A stretch of DNA of 34,032 nucleotides from Chiloscyllium plagiosum (taxonomy: Eukaryota): the NCBI RefSeq assembly GCF_004010195.1, contig NC_057750.1, positions 13,270,817 through 13,304,848 on the forward strand. The letters run 5' to 3'. This document shows positions 33,369-34,032 of the stretch, piece after piece. The notes under the pieces were generated by a model, which was not told the DNA's origin, did not search any database, and saw only the letters and a list, made by a program, of their open reading frames with translations. Position 1 is the stretch's first letter. Each line of letters opens with the position of its first letter. Both the position numbers and the translations under genes were made by a program.

Positions 33369-33458
33369 TTGGTCAAGGAACGCCCTACAGCCCAGACGGT
33401 CAGCCAATGGGAGGGTTTGTAATGGACGGCCAACAGCACATGGGCATCCGGCCTCCAG
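33369..33458 (+). CDS. MEIS3: MEIS post-homeodomain coding exon (exon 11 equivalent)
   Basis: Acceptor ctttcctttcacccag|33369, donor CAG|gtaagg. 90 nt, phase 1 to 1, encoding (V)[29 protein letters not shown](G), the conserved MEIS C-terminal region. Confidence 0.95.
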
Positions 33459-33745
33459 GTAAGGTCAGACACTTGCTGAGACATTCCTACCCCCCTCACC
33501 ACCACCCCATGTCTCACCACCAACCACCACGGGATGGGGGGGGGGGGGAGGGGGGGCACCGGCCTTGGCGTTTTCTTTTGCTTTTGCTCTCTCATCAACA
33601 CCTCGTTTTTGTTTCTCTTTGTCCCCCACCCCCCCCATTTTTCCACTCGGGGCCACTCCTCTCTTCCTCACGCTTTCTTGCTGTCACGTGATCTGTCATT
33701 GGCGATTTCCTGGCATGCTCTTGGATTGTTTATCCTTCCTCCTAG

Positions 33746-33804
33746 GAGCTATGGGTGGAATGGGCATGAACATGGGCTTGGAGGGGCAGTGGCACTACAT
33801 GTAG
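33746..33804 (+). CDS. MEIS3: MEIS short 'a-type' C-terminal exon, coding part (exon probably continues as UTR to the donor after 33843)
   Basis: Acceptor tccttcctcctag|33746, phase 1, encoding (G)AMGGMGMNMGLEGQWHYM then TAG (33802-33804), matching the MEIS1A/2A-type ...EGQWHYM end. Downstream atcgcaaagcagaggggaa|gtaagt is a consensus donor. Confidence 0.95.
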
Positions 33805-33906
33805 ACTACGTCACTGTTACCCCCATCGCAAAGCAGAGGGGAAGTAAGTACCGCCCCCTCCTGGGAGGAGGGTGATAGTATTATTTGTGTCCATTCACCC
33901 AGGCAT

Positions 33907-34032
33907 CTCTCTCTCTCTCTCTCGCTCTCTCTCCCCCTCTCTCTCTCGCTCTCTCTCTCGCTCTCTCTCTCTCTCTCGCTCTCTCTCCCCCTCTCTCTCT
34001 TTCTCTCTATCTCTCTCTCTATCTCTCTCTCT
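33907..34032. repeat. (CT)n microsatellite
   Basis: Direct reading. Confidence 0.95.

Overview
Eukaryotic, repeat-rich vertebrate genomic DNA, most likely from a cartilaginous fish, judged from HE1-like tRNA SINEs with CR1-type tails, CR1, Rex1/Babar and Penelope elements. The window lies almost entirely inside one + strand TALE-homeobox gene of the MEIS family, best matching MEIS3. Three coding exons are recognisable with canonical splice sites: the Ser/Gly-rich linker exon (8971-9079), the post-homeodomain exon (33369-33458) and the short 'a-type' C-terminal exon (33746-33804, donor after 33843). The three homeodomain exons expected between them are not in the called bases. The likeliest explanation is an exactly 500-N placeholder gap (31910-32409), although direct splicing of the visible exons would stay in frame and give a homeodomain-less MEIS. 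The introns hold nested retroelements, several with readable target-site duplications, Penelope-type palindromes with hammerhead-like cores, a chimeric CR1-tailed insertion, microsatellites, and a few repeat-free candidate regulatory blocks. There are six N gaps. No prokaryotic features or CRISPR arrays were found, and most ORFs in the track are spurious or TE-derived. Family names and paralog calls come from recognition, not database searches.
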